Source of the DNA: an uncultured delta proteobacterium
Lineage (GTDB): Bacteria > Desulfobacterota > Binatia > Bin18
Direction: 5' to 3'
Assembly: GCA_963733195.1 (NCBI GenBank)
Contig: CAVTCR010000019.1
Span: 1-64,000, forward strand
Length of the DNA stretch: 64,000 nt
The position numbers were made by a program, and so were the translations under genes. This document shows positions 21,435 to 32,034 of this stretch, in pieces. The notes under the pieces were generated by a model, which searched no databases, had not been told where the DNA came from, and saw only the letters and a list, made by a program, of their open reading frames with translations. The first letter of the stretch is position 1. Every line of letters starts with the position of its first letter.

Positions 21435-22667
21435 TTAGGCAGAGACGCGCGTTGCACGCGACCCCTTTTTTGTTGCCGGGGTATGCTCAGGTTCTATCCC
21501 ATTGAGAGGGACACATTCGACAATTTCTAAGCCATAGCCAGGGAGACTCACAAGGCGGCGCGGATAGTTTGTTAAGAGACGAATCTTGCGCGCTCCAATG
21601 TCCCGCAGAATTTGTGCCCCAATCCCGTAATCACGGAAATCACGAACTTGTGAGCCGGGGTTAGTACTCGGGCGACGCGGCTCATGATGAGGGCGCCTCT
21701 GAGAACGATGTTGGTCACGAAACAGATACGCGCCTTGTCCTTCCTGTCGGAGGTATAAAATCACCCCCTTTCCCTCTGCTGCAATCATTTCCATGGACTG
21801 TCGCAATAAGGCGCTGGTATTACTCTGAGTGTAACTAAACACATCGCCGGGAACGTATTCTGCATGCGCCCGGACGAGCACCGGCTCATCAGGAGAAATA
21901 TGTCCTTTCACCAGTACCACATGTTCTTCTTCGTCAACACCGCTCGTGTAGACATGCGCAACGAAATCTCCGCCCCAGCGAGTGGGAAGTCGGGCTTCGG
22001 CAACACGTTGAATCAGAGAATCATGTTGCAAGCGGTATTGGATGAGATCAGCAATCGTAGCGATCTTAATCCCATACTTTACTGAAAACTCCTCCAAGTC
22101 GGGCAAGCGCGCCATAGTCCCATCGTCTCGCATGATCTCACAAATCACACCCGCTGGCTTGAGATCAGCAAGTCGAGATAAATCGACCGCTCCTTCGGTT
22201 TGCCCGGTTCGTACTAACACTCCGCCACGACGCGCACGAAGCGGAAAGATATGGCCTGGAATGACGAGATCCTCGGGGCGTACATCATCACGAACACAGG
22301 TTAGAATCGTTGTAGATCGATCTTCTGCCGCTATGCCGTGGGTAATCCCATACCGTGCATCAATCGACACAGTAAAGGCAGTACCAAGTGGGGCAGTGTT
22401 CTTCGCCACCATCATTGGTAACCCTAAGGCGTCAATCATCTCTTCAGCCATGGGCAAACAGATGAGCCCACGCCCATAGCTGGCCATGAAGTTGATGGCT
22501 TCCGGGGTAACCTTCTCGGCAGCCATGTAGAGATCCCCTTCATTCTCTCGGTCTTCATCATCCATGAGGATAATCATGCGACCGGCGCGGATCTCTTCAA
22601 TCGCCTCCTCAGTCGAGACGACGTAAGGACTTTTTCGTACGGGGGTTGATGAGGGTGTAGAAAACAT
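21435..22667 (-). CDS. ribB: DHBP synthase fused to a degenerate GTP cyclohydrolase II domain (RibBX-like)
   Basis: DDEDRENEGD, AFTVSIDA, GQTEG; the GCH II zinc cysteines are absent (RAHAEYVPGDVFSY). Confidence 0.88.
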   Translation of the reverse strand: MFSTPSSTPVRKSPYVVSTEEAIEEIRAGRMIILMDDEDRENEGDLYMAAEKVTPEAINFMASYGRGLICLPMAEEMIDALGLPMMVAKNTAPLGTAFTVSIDARYGITHGIAAEDRSTTILTCVRDDVRPEDLVIPGHIFPLRARRGGVLVRTGQTEGAVDLSRLADLKPAGVICEIMRDDGTMARLPDLEEFSVKYGIKIATIADLIQYRLQHDSLIQRVAEARLPTRWGGDFVAHVYTSGVDEEEHVVLVKGHISPDEPVLVRAHAEYVPGDVFSYTQSNTSALLRQSMEMIAAEGKGVILYLRQEGQGAYLFRDQHRSQRRPHHEPRRPSTNPGSQVRDFRDYGIGAQILRDIGARKIRLLTNYPRRLVSLPGYGLEIVECVPLNGIEPEHTPATKKGSRATRVSA

Positions 22668-23004
22668 GACTTGTGTCCTCTCGCTCACCGCGTTGAGCGG
22701 ATGGAATCGCTTATAGCCGTTTGGCTCACGTGATGTAAAGTAGAGTACCTGAGCCCTCCTGCATGTTTGTAACAGCGATACAGCAAAGTAGTAGCTTTCT
22801 GCATTTTTTATGATGTATCCTCCGAAGATTCCAGCATCGCTGCTTGACCACTCGTTTAAGGACAGGTAAATGGGAGATGCATTTTTTCTGAAAGAGGGAC
22901 AGAGAAAACGCGTCTGAAGGGAGAGACTCCCTTCAGGATCGTTGTGGGCAGGAAAGAAAGGGGACAAGATTCTTTACCTCCCACTTGTGTTAAGGAGAGA
23001 GTTG

Positions 23005-23418
23005 ATGCCAAACGTCACTATTGAGGGACCTGTTGACCTACGCCAGATTGTCATCCGTCGACCGGAAATGTTTCTCCGTGATCAGGATGGGATCAAGCGA
23101 GTGAGTGAATATTATATCAACACGGACTGCAGCAAACTCCTGCTAGAAGCCCTCGTTATCGAACCGGGGAAGAAGCAGCAATTTTTCTTCCAGGTCTGCA
23201 AAAAGACAAATGGAGCAATCATCCGTCTTGAACCAATAAGCGAAGCTGAAAAGACCCCCGGAGTCAAACGCTTGATGGGCCAAGTAGCTTTTGCGATTCG
23301 ATCGTTGTTTCCCGGCTCTCGCTACGGCAAAACCAATATTTCTGACTTCCTACCAGACAATGACGGAGCTACAAGCAGTTCGCGTGGCGGCGGGAAGAAA
23401 CTCCGTGCAGTCGCTTAG
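23005..23418 (+). CDS. hypothetical protein
   Basis: RBS aaggag before MPNVTIEG; globular-looking ORF. Confidence 0.65.
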   Translation: MPNVTIEGPVDLRQIVIRRPEMFLRDQDGIKRVSEYYINTDCSKLLLEALVIEPGKKQQFFFQVCKKTNGAIIRLEPISEAEKTPGVKRLMGQVAFAIRSLFPGSRYGKTNISDFLPDNDGATSSSRGGGKKLRAVA

Positions 23419-23565
23419 TAAGTCATCAGCTCAAAAAGCTGCCATTCCTGCAGAAATGGGAATGGCCCTTCAACAACGACTCTCTTCTCCATCCTGGACG
23501 TGCGGATGTGCAAGTTCTTCTTTGTCTCTCTGATCAAGGCAAACGGGCGTTACCAGAGAAATCCG

Positions 23566-23763
23566 CTATCGAGTCCCTTTTTGCCCTCTCCATCCAGAGT
23601 CAGCTTTCGGTACCGGATTTTCGGCCTGGTATCTGTCTGACTCTTGCTGTAACCAACCAAGTCCAGCATTCAGGTATTGTTCACCAAAAAAAGTGTAAAA
23701 GTACAACCCTCCTGCACCAAAAAGAAAACCAATCAGGAAGTGCCGCCATTTGTGATTCTTCAT
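23566..23763 (-). CDS. small single-TM protein
   Basis: 65 aa with an N-terminal hydrophobic helix; follows hpnD co-directionally. Confidence 0.55.
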   Translation of the reverse strand: MKNHKWRHFLIGFLFGAGGLYFYTFFGEQYLNAGLGWLQQESDRYQAENPVPKADSGWRGQKGTR

Positions 23764-23798
23764 AGGTATCTAATATGATCGGTCCTTCCCGTCACTTC

Positions 23799-24749
23799 TT
23801 AAGGCCTTCTCTCCTGCAGAAGTCCAACCCAGCCACGTGCCCAGGCCTGGAACGCCAGTTGCGCTTTCCGTGATGAGGGTAACGTCACGCGAGAACTGAG
23901 TACGTTGAAGTTCCGTTGGACGAGGGTATCGAGCAAGCGGCTATAGATGAGACGCATAGCCTCAGCCGCTACCAGAGAACGCTGATCCTCAGGTGCACGA
24001 CTCCGTAGAGCTCGGTTGTAATACTCTCGGGCGCGATTACTCTCGAAGGTCATGAGACGGACAAATGCGTCATTGTAAATCTCATTCCGTAAGTCCTGCT
24101 CGGCATAGCCAAACCGCACGAGATCTTCTTCTGGAAGATATACCCGTCCCCGTTGGGCATCTTCTCCCACATCACGCAGAATGTTGGTTAGCTGAAAAGC
24201 AATTCCGAGATCGACAGCGTACTCTCGCGCACTCGGGTTGCGGTAACCAAAAATCTCGATACACGCGAGTCCGACCAATGAAGCGACATGATAACAATAA
24301 TCGTAGAGCTCCTCGAAAGTGCGATAGTGAGTGCGTTTGAGATCCATCTCTACACCGTCGATGATCCCAGCAAGATGTATCTGCTGAATCGGAAACCTTT
24401 GGACAGTGTCAGACAAGGCTAGAGAAATAGGATGCTGAGGAGTTCCTCCGTAGCATTGGCGTAACTCCTCACGCCAGGCATTTAGTAATATCTCAAGTTG
24501 TTCTTTCTTTCCCCTGCCTTGAAGTGAAGACACTCCGATTGTCGGTTGGTCGGCAATGTCATCCATGAAGCGGCAGAAAGCATAGAGTGCACAGAGAGCG
24601 TTGTGGCGTTCCGCAGGAAGTAAACGAAACGCAAAGTAGAAATTTGAAGAACTTTTCCGGGTAATCTGTCGACAGTAGACATATGCGTCGGTCAAAGACC
24701 CCAGTGGTAGATGTGAAGCGTAGGGCGACAATTCTATGGTTGGTTCCAC
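23799..24749 (-). CDS. hpnD: squalene/phytoene synthase, HpnD-like
   Basis: SNFYFAF, YAFCRFMDDIAD, FQLTNILRDVGED, GRVYLP; GTG start after GGAGG. Confidence 0.8.
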   Translation of the reverse strand: MEPTIELSPYASHLPLGSLTDAYVYCRQITRKSSSNFYFAFRLLPAERHNALCALYAFCRFMDDIADQPTIGVSSLQGRGKKEQLEILLNAWREELRQCYGGTPQHPISLALSDTVQRFPIQQIHLAGIIDGVEMDLKRTHYRTFEELYDYCYHVASLVGLACIEIFGYRNPSAREYAVDLGIAFQLTNILRDVGEDAQRGRVYLPEEDLVRFGYAEQDLRNEIYNDAFVRLMTFESNRAREYYNRALRSRAPEDQRSLVAAEAMRLIYSRLLDTLVQRNFNVLSSRVTLPSSRKAQLAFQAWARGWVGLLQERRP

Positions 24750-24775
24750 ATCTCCCCTCCTTCTCCCTATGACTT

Positions 24776-25957
24776 TTAGGCTGACACCACGCTCCGCGTT
24801 GCACGTTGGCTCAGGAACGTGCGCGCCTGGGCCCGAGCCCATTCATCTGCCGCAACAAGTCCGTCAAGATCTCTCACTGTTTGTGCGCTATGAGCGTCCA
24901 GTACCCGGTTATTGAGTACTGAGATATCAGTGAACCGAACCTGACCGGCAAGGAAACTCTCGACCGCAATTTCATTGGTGGCATTGAGCACGGCGGGATA
25001 GGTATCGCCTCGCGTTAGCACTTCATATGCAAGTTGTAAACAAGGAAACTTTCCAAAATCCGGCGGGAAAAACGTCAACTGCTGCGCTGCCGCTAGGTCG
25101 AGAGAGGGCAAGTGTGTTAACGGCAGACGCTCTGGATATGCCAAGATATATGAAATGGGGATCGTCATATCAGGAATGCCCAGCTGGGCAAGCACCGATC
25201 CGTCAATGTATTCAACCATCGAATGAACGATGCTCTGAGGGTGAATAATGACGGAGACTTGTTCGGGAGGCAAATCGAACAACCATCGAGCTTCTATGAC
25301 TTCGAGTCCCTTATTCATCAAGGTTGCCGAATCAATCGTGATCTTACTTCCCATCTTCCAGGTAGGGTGCTTGAGAGCTTCCTCAACCCGTACTGTAGCA
25401 AGCTCTTCTGCAGGGCGGTGTAAGAATGGTCCACCTGACGCTGTGAGAATAATACGTTTGACTTGGTCACGTCGGTGTCCATGTAATGCTTGGAAGATAG
25501 CATTGTGTTCACTATCTACAGGAAGAATCTGCACGCCATACTTTTTCGCCTCGCGGGTCATCAACTCACCAGAGATCACCAGCGCCTCTTTATTGGCTAA
25601 GGCAATCGTCTTCCTCGCGCGAATCGCGGCAAGCGTCGGCGCAAGACCAGCTGCACCAACCAAAGCAGCCATCACCATTTCAGCATCTGGGTGGGTTGCA
25701 ACTGCAAATAAGCCTTCGGTTCCGTATAGAATCTCGCCACGGAAGTCTGGGAGTTGGGCACGCAAATCTTGCGCATCAGCGACACTCGCGACAGAAACAA
25801 GCGTGGGCCTAAACTGAAGGACTTGCTCCTTGAGCTTGATAAGGTTCTTCCCCGCCGCAAGAGCGACGGCCTGAAACTGGTCTGGAAATTGTTGAACAAT
25901 CGAAAGGGTAGAAACGCCGATTGATCCCGTCGAGCCCAAGACTGCAAGTTTTTTCAT
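24776..25957 (-). CDS. dxr: 1-deoxy-D-xylulose 5-phosphate reductoisomerase
   Basis: LGSTGSIG, LANKE, PVDSEH, LTASGGPF, HPTWKMG, MNKGLE. Confidence 0.96.
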   Translation of the reverse strand: MKKLAVLGSTGSIGVSTLSIVQQFPDQFQAVALAAGKNLIKLKEQVLQFRPTLVSVASVADAQDLRAQLPDFRGEILYGTEGLFAVATHPDAEMVMAALVGAAGLAPTLAAIRARKTIALANKEALVISGELMTREAKKYGVQILPVDSEHNAIFQALHGHRRDQVKRIILTASGGPFLHRPAEELATVRVEEALKHPTWKMGSKITIDSATLMNKGLEVIEARWLFDLPPEQVSVIIHPQSIVHSMVEYIDGSVLAQLGIPDMTIPISYILAYPERLPLTHLPSLDLAAAQQLTFFPPDFGKFPCLQLAYEVLTRGDTYPAVLNATNEIAVESFLAGQVRFTDISVLNNRVLDAHSAQTVRDLDGLVAADEWARAQARTFLSQRATRSVVSA

Positions 25958-26469
25958 CCCATGTCCCCATTCCGTGGGAGCACACGGGTATGCCTGTTCC
26001 CAGTCTCCCATTCGTGGAGAACCGGCAGATGTGTGCTTACTCCCTCACCCATGAACTGCATACGTAGCGAACGTGGGCGGGGGCCGTCAAGCTCAGCAAA
26101 GATGATGCGCTGAAACTGCCCAAGAACCAATCGGCCCTCTTCAACTTGCAGCGCGAGGGATCCCCCAAGAAGCATTGCGCGTAAGTGAGCTGCAGCATTC
26201 TTCCGTTCACAATCCGAAAATCGCGAGTCGTTGTGTTTATAGTCAGCGGTCTCTGTCGCCAGCTTCTGTAGGAAGGTCTCGACATCTTCCCATAACGCGT
26301 CTTGTGTTTCAGTAAAAAAGATCGCCGTCGTCGTGTGAAGAGTAGACACTACTCCCATACCGTTCCACACTCCGGATTCGGCGAGGAATCCTTTCACTTC
26401 TTGAGTAATATCGAACATCTGCACTTTCTGTGCAGTCTTGATCGTGATCGTCTTTGCTTGGATTCTCAC
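25954..26469 (-). CDS. YjbQ (UPF0047) family protein
   Basis: HTT, YKHND, NAAAHL, LGQFQ, ELDGPRPR. Confidence 0.88.
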   Translation of the reverse strand: MRIQAKTITIKTAQKVQMFDITQEVKGFLAESGVWNGMGVVSTLHTTTAIFFTETQDALWEDVETFLQKLATETADYKHNDSRFSDCERKNAAAHLRAMLLGGSLALQVEEGRLVLGQFQRIIFAELDGPRPRSLRMQFMGEGVSTHLPVLHEWETGNRHTRVLPRNGDMG

Positions 26470-26482
26470 AGCGGCGTTCCTC

Positions 26483-28465
26483 CTAGTAGCAGTCCTCCAA
26501 ACTCATCGTCCTGCCGTTGTGCGCGAGCGTTCGCACGCGGGTACGAAATTGTCCTAAGGCCATCAGTGGGAAATAGTTACAGTATCCGTAGTACCGCAGA
26601 TAGAAATGCTGCGGGAACCCAGTGCCGGTAAAAAGAGATTCAGACCATGAACCTGAGGTCTCTTGGTGTGACAAAAGATAGGCAATCCCTTGCATCACGG
26701 CCGGGCTCGGCTCTTCTTCCGCGGCTAACAGGCCCAACACCGCCCATGCGGTCTGCGATGGGGTACTGTCTCCCTTGCCAGCCTTATTTTGGTCCCAGTA
26801 CGAAAGGCAGTCTTCTCCCCATCCGCCATCTTCATTCTGCCGCTCTTTGAGCCACTGTACCGCCCGCAGGACATAGGGAAGCGCCATGTCTTCACCAATA
26901 GCGCGAAGCCCCATTAGCACAGACCACGTGCCGTAGATGTAATTGACTCCCCACCGCCCCCACCATGAGCCATCAGATTCCTGCTCTTCGTGCAGAAACT
27001 TAATCGCTCGTTGAGCACGACCGAAGTCTTTTTCGTACCCAAACGTTCCCATCATCTCCAATAAGCGACCAGCAAGATCTGCCGTGGGCGGATCAATCAT
27101 TGCCTTCATGTCACCAAAGGGCATCTGGTTCCATAGATCCAGCGTGTTATCAGTATCAAACGCTCCCCATCCGCCGTTGCGACTTTGCATACCGAGCGTC
27201 CAGTTGAGACCACGAGCAAGCGCACGGTCTTTTTTCTGTTCATCCAGACCCGTAACACGCTTGAGGGTGTAGAGAATCACTGCTGAATCATCGACGTCGG
27301 GATACCAGTCGTTGGCAAACTCAAAAGCCCAGCCACCGGGTTCTAACTCTGGATTCTTTACCTGCCAATCACCAGGCTTGAAGATCTGCTGATCGATAAT
27401 CCAGTCCGCAGCCTGAACTACAACAGGGTGGTCAGTCGGAAAGTCAGCATCCAGCAAAGCTTTTACCACCCAAACCGTATCCCATACCGGGGAAACGCAA
27501 GGTTGGAACAAGAGGTGTCCTCCGGTTTCCATAAGAAAATCCTCAATGGCTTGAATGCCTTTCGCCACTGCTGGGTGATCATCTGGATAACCAAGACTGT
27601 GAAGCGCCATAACAGAGTTCAGCATCGCTGGCTGAATCCCTCCCCACCCGCCGTTGACATCCTGATGGTCAAGTACCCAGCGTTCGGCCTTTTTGAGCGC
27701 TCGAGGCCGCAACGGTTTTATCGGACTTTTTCCAAGGAGATTGAGAAGGTGATCGGCGGTAATAAAGAAGTTTTCCCACGACCACATTTTCGATGACCGT
27801 GGAAAACTCAGGTCCGAATGTTCAGGGGAATCTTTCCACAATTCAGCGACTCCCTGCTCTTTTGAGATTGGAATATAGGGCTGGTGGGCAAGAATGATAC
27901 TTAAAGGTACGACTGTTCCGCGTGCCCAACTCGACATTTCATAGATATTCACAGGAAACCACGATGGAAGGAGGTTTAACTCGACGGGTACAGCCGGCAC
28001 CCCGTTCCAGGGGAATTGACCAAAATACGCAAGGAAAATTCGCGTAAATACTTGGGCCTTGGCTAACCCACCGTGATTAAGGATAAATTGCCGTGCTTTC
28101 TTTAACGCGGGATGATCAGGGGGATACCCAGTTAGCTTGAGAGCAAAGTAGGCTTCAATCGTGTTGCCGAGATGTCCGGGTCCCTTGTAAAAGAGAGACC
28201 AAGCGCCATTTTCTTCCTGAACCGCTAACATGTGCTCACAGAGCCGCTTGTTCTTCTTTTCATCCACTCGACCCATAAAGTGACTGTAAAAGATATATTC
28301 GGCATCCATTGTGGCATTGGCTTCCAGCGGGTAATACCAATACCCATTCGGCGTTCGTTCACGCAGGAAGTATTCCTGAGACCGAAGGATTGCGTTGTTG
28401 ACGCCTTGAAGAAGCTCTGTGTCAGCAGGCACAACCGTGAGAGAAAACTGCCCGTGTTCTACCAC
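26483..28465 (-). CDS. shc: squalene-hopene cyclase
   Basis: YPDVDDSA (DxDD), QW repeats, GTGFP. Confidence 0.95.
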   Translation of the reverse strand: MVEHGQFSLTVVPADTELLQGVNNAILRSQEYFLRERTPNGYWYYPLEANATMDAEYIFYSHFMGRVDEKKNKRLCEHMLAVQEENGAWSLFYKGPGHLGNTIEAYFALKLTGYPPDHPALKKARQFILNHGGLAKAQVFTRIFLAYFGQFPWNGVPAVPVELNLLPSWFPVNIYEMSSWARGTVVPLSIILAHQPYIPISKEQGVAELWKDSPEHSDLSFPRSSKMWSWENFFITADHLLNLLGKSPIKPLRPRALKKAERWVLDHQDVNGGWGGIQPAMLNSVMALHSLGYPDDHPAVAKGIQAIEDFLMETGGHLLFQPCVSPVWDTVWVVKALLDADFPTDHPVVVQAADWIIDQQIFKPGDWQVKNPELEPGGWAFEFANDWYPDVDDSAVILYTLKRVTGLDEQKKDRALARGLNWTLGMQSRNGGWGAFDTDNTLDLWNQMPFGDMKAMIDPPTADLAGRLLEMMGTFGYEKDFGRAQRAIKFLHEEQESDGSWWGRWGVNYIYGTWSVLMGLRAIGEDMALPYVLRAVQWLKERQNEDGGWGEDCLSYWDQNKAGKGDSTPSQTAWAVLGLLAAEEEPSPAVMQGIAYLLSHQETSGSWSESLFTGTGFPQHFYLRYYGYCNYFPLMALGQFRTRVRTLAHNGRTMSLEDCY

Positions 28466-28578
28466 TGCCTCTACCTTCCACCCCCGCTACCTCCCATTCA
28501 TTAACCGATCGGTCAGGCAGCGGTAAAAAAATAAGAGAACTGCTTCTCTTATTTTATAGACCTTGCGGACCCAAGATC

Positions 28579-28607
28579 GTTATACGGCTTGCTAAAAATG
28601 GTGTCAA
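28579..28607 (-). promoter_or_regulatory. sigma70 promoter of the shc operon
   Basis: TTGACA-17 nt-TATAAC on the minus strand. Confidence 0.65.
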
Positions 28608-28689
28608 CGTACTACGAAGAATTGACGTTACCCCGAAGGAACAGTTTCGTCTGGGAACAAACTTTGTTATCGTCGGGTTTGTCGGTTGT

Positions 28690-29976
28690 ATGGAGGAATC
28701 GTACATGGGTCAAAAGTTGTTCGTCTACTGGTTTGCTCTGGGGGTGAGCTTCTTTCTCCCGTCCCTTGTACACGCGGGAACGAACTTGATCGCCTACATA
28801 GGCGGAGAGGGAGCGCTGTACACCATCCAGCCAGACGGCAACGGGAAACGGAAGTTGGCGTCTGGTGAACTCCTGCAAACGATCGCTTTTTCTCCCCAAC
28901 GCGTTCAAAACGGCCGAGATTTTTACAGTTGGCCGGTATGGTCGCGTGATAGCAGTCGTCTCGCGTGTTTCCACATCGTTATTGCGGAGGCTGGTCAAAC
29001 CGATGGGCTCTATATTTTTGACGTAGCAAATTCCCAAGTGCTTCATTCCTATAAAGCCCAAGGGTTACAGCCTATCTACGCCTATTGGGCACCAAATAGT
29101 AAACAGCTTGCGATATTACTCGGTGGCGGCGGACCATTATCTCTCGGGTTGTGGCCAACCACTGACGGCAAACAACCAAAAGCCATTGCTCAGGGTGTCC
29201 CATTCTATTTCGATTGGCGTGCAGACGCGCAAGCTTTACTCATGCATGTCGGGGGAGATACTGAGGCGAAGGAAGGTCATTCCGTCAGTTTGTTTGATAT
29301 CACCAATGGCAAACGTACTATGGTCTCTCGTTCACCCTCTGTATTTGGTCCCCCTTCCTGGTCATCCAACGGCAAATGGTTGGCATATGGCGATACGGCC
29401 AAGGATCAAGAGAAAACGGCGCTTATGATCGCCGCAGCTGATGGTGCTACGCCGAAATCTTTCGGCACGTTTCCCGCGAGAATCACCATGGAATGGTCTC
29501 CTACTCAGCCGCTTTTGGCGGTTGCTTCCAGTTCTTTCCCTGGGGATCCGTTAATCGAAAACTTGCAACTCGTCGACATCGCCTCTGGGAAAACCCGTCA
29601 ACTCGTGAAGGGCAATTTTGCCGCCTATTTTTGGTCACCTGATGGCAAATACATTCTGTATGCCAAACGCAAACCGAATAGCTTGTTGTGGACGTGGTCA
29701 GTCGTCGATGTAGAAGACGGCAAAAATCACGAAGTTACAGACTTCATTCCATCCCGACCATTACTCCTCGTCTTCCAATATTTTGACCAATACGCGCTGT
29801 CACACCGATTGTGGTCTCCTGATAGCAAACGTTTCGTGTTCACTGGGAGTGCTGGCTCAGAGATCCACCCAGCAGTCGCCGCCCAGAACCCTTCCATGTA
29901 CGTCATTGAAGCCAAAGACAAGGCGTCTCCCCAGTCACTCGCAGACGGACACATTGCCTTTTGGTCGCCGCAATAG
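28690..29976 (+). CDS. secreted TolB-like beta-propeller protein
   Basis: signal peptide; repeated WSPDG/WSP (PD40-like) motifs. Confidence 0.8.
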   Translation: MEESYMGQKLFVYWFALGVSFFLPSLVHAGTNLIAYIGGEGALYTIQPDGNGKRKLASGELLQTIAFSPQRVQNGRDFYSWPVWSRDSSRLACFHIVIAEAGQTDGLYIFDVANSQVLHSYKAQGLQPIYAYWAPNSKQLAILLGGGGPLSLGLWPTTDGKQPKAIAQGVPFYFDWRADAQALLMHVGGDTEAKEGHSVSLFDITNGKRTMVSRSPSVFGPPSWSSNGKWLAYGDTAKDQEKTALMIAAADGATPKSFGTFPARITMEWSPTQPLLAVASSSFPGDPLIENLQLVDIASGKTRQLVKGNFAAYFWSPDGKYILYAKRKPNSLLWTWSVVDVEDGKNHEVTDFIPSRPLLLVFQYFDQYALSHRLWSPDSKRFVFTGSAGSEIHPAVAAQNPSMYVIEAKDKASPQSLADGHIAFWSPQ

Positions 29977-29983
29977 CACGCGT

Positions 29984-30753
29984 ATGGAACTCCATTACGA
30001 ACGCTATGGACAGGGTCATCCCCTCATTATTCTTCATGGACTGTTTGGTTCTTTAGAAAATTGGCGAACGCTGAGCAAGACGTTTGCTCAGTCTTTTGCC
30101 GTTTTCGCTCTTGATCAGCGCAACCACGGACATTCCCCTCATAGTGAGGTCTTCAACTATTACGCAATGATGGAAGACGTCCGAGAATTCATACAGCGAC
30201 ACGAACTTATACCTGCTCATGTACTGGGTCATTCTATGGGCGGAAAAGTCGCCATGCAGTTTGCCGTCACCTATCCCGACATGGTCGACAAACTCGTCAT
30301 TGTCGACATCGCGCCGAAAGTGTATCCCCCCGGTCATGACGATGTGTTTGCGGGATTGTATGCGTTAAATCTCACTACCTTGCGAAGTCGTCAGGAAGCG
30401 GAGGTCGGTCTCGCACTACATTTCCCAACCTCGCCCTGCGGCAATTTCTGCTCAAGAATCTGGAACGTGAGGACTCTGGCTCTTTCAGATGGCGCATCAA
30501 TCTCGATGGTATCCATCGTAACTACCATGAGATGTTGAAAACGTTCGCAGCAAGCAGGCAGTTTCCCAAACCCGCGTTGTTCATACGTGGAGCAGATTCA
30601 GGCTACATTCGCGACAACGATCTCTTCACTATTAGAGATATTTTTCCTGCCGCTCAACTCACGACGATCCCCAACACTGGCCATTGGGTGCATGCCGAGG
30701 TCCCGCAGGAGTTTGCAGGAATCGTATCGAGCTTCCTGCAACAGTCAAGGTAA
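29984..30753 (+). CDS. alpha/beta hydrolase, YbfF-like (frameshift near 30425)
   Basis: LHGLFGS, DQRNHG, GHSMGGK, GHWVHAE. Confidence 0.88.
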
Positions 30754-30788
30754 ATCGGGTTTCCGACTAGCCCCCTTTGCGAACTCCT

Positions 30789-32027
30789 TTATCCAATGAC
30801 CCCGGACGCTCGTAGCTGTGCAATCTCCACTGAACTCACTCCGATCCCGGCGAGGATCTCCTCTGTGTGCTGTCCAAGTATGGGTGGCGGGCTTTGAACT
30901 TGTGCTGGAGTATCGGCGAGACGCCAGACTGGACCAATGGTCTTGAATGTTCCAGCGGTCGGATGGTCGATCTCTTGTATTACTTTTAGTTCTTGTACTT
31001 GGGGATGAGTCATAAGGGCAGGATAATCTAGAAATGAGACGGCATCGCCGTTGAACTCATGAATCAGTTTGATTACTTCCTCGTTGGTCATTTCCTTAAA
31101 TGCATCTTCCCAGATCGGTTTCACTTCCGGTGCGTAACGACCAATGCTCGTCGCTTGTCGCCCAAAATCGGCAAATCGCGGATCACTGAGTTGCTCAGTC
31201 ATACCAAGGGTAATCAACAATCGATCCCAATCTTCACTGTCACCACGGCGGAGACCGAAGTAGATACGCCCGTCTTTGGTTTTATAACCGTAATCTGGGG
31301 GCTTGGTGTAGTTATCAAGGTGGAAACCATACCAGTCATCAGGATCACTCATCGCGGTCCACATAATGCCACGCATGTGCAGCAAGGTACCAAGCATACT
31401 GACAGATACCCGCTGCCCTTCACCTTTACGCATCCGATGGAACAACGCAGCAGTGACAGCTTGTGAAGCAAAAATGCCAGTATTCATGCTGGCAACATCA
31501 GTCCCCAGTCTCACAGGCGGTTCACCAATGCGACCGAGAGAGTTCGTGTAATCTGCCATCGCTTGGATCACCAACTCAGCGCCAGGCAGGTTCCGTAACG
31601 GTCCTTCCTCACCAAATGCACTGATGGCGCAGTATACTAATTTTGGATTCACCTTCTGGAGATCCGTATAACCAAGGCCTAATTTCTCTGCTTCGCCAGG
31701 TCCGAGATCTTCCAACAACACATCAGCCTTCGCTACCAACCGCCGCACGATGTCCTGCCCTTCAGGCGTATCGATGTCGAGGGCAAGGCTTTTCTTATTG
31801 CGATTGAGGCTGAGAAAGACCATACTCTCGTCACCGATGAACGGAGGTCCCATCGTGCGCGACGAGTCACCAGTTCGCGGCTCGATCTTGAGAATTTCCG
31901 CTCCAGCATCCCCGAGACGCATCGAGCCAAACGGCCCACAAAGACCTTGTGTAAGATCAACGACAGTGAATCCAGCCAACGCTCCACTCATACAGTCACT
32001 TTTGCCTTTTGACTTTTTCTTTCGCAC
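30789..32027 (-). CDS. class III CoA-transferase (CaiB/BaiF)
   Basis: LNRNKKS, PPILGQHT; catalytic Asp position reads PGAELVIQA. Confidence 0.88.
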   Translation of the reverse strand: MRKKKSKGKSDCMSGALAGFTVVDLTQGLCGPFGSMRLGDAGAEILKIEPRTGDSSRTMGPPFIGDESMVFLSLNRNKKSLALDIDTPEGQDIVRRLVAKADVLLEDLGPGEAEKLGLGYTDLQKVNPKLVYCAISAFGEEGPLRNLPGAELVIQAMADYTNSLGRIGEPPVRLGTDVASMNTGIFASQAVTAALFHRMRKGEGQRVSVSMLGTLLHMRGIMWTAMSDPDDWYGFHLDNYTKPPDYGYKTKDGRIYFGLRRGDSEDWDRLLITLGMTEQLSDPRFADFGRQATSIGRYAPEVKPIWEDAFKEMTNEEVIKLIHEFNGDAVSFLDYPALMTHPQVQELKVIQEIDHPTAGTFKTIGPVWRLADTPAQVQSPPPILGQHTEEILAGIGVSSVEIAQLRASGVIG

Positions 32028-32034
32028 GACTTCG

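Noticed and set aside
22668-22967. FMN riboswitch or a long N-terminal extension of RibB
   Set aside because: No FMN aptamer motifs seen; the extension has no RibB similarity
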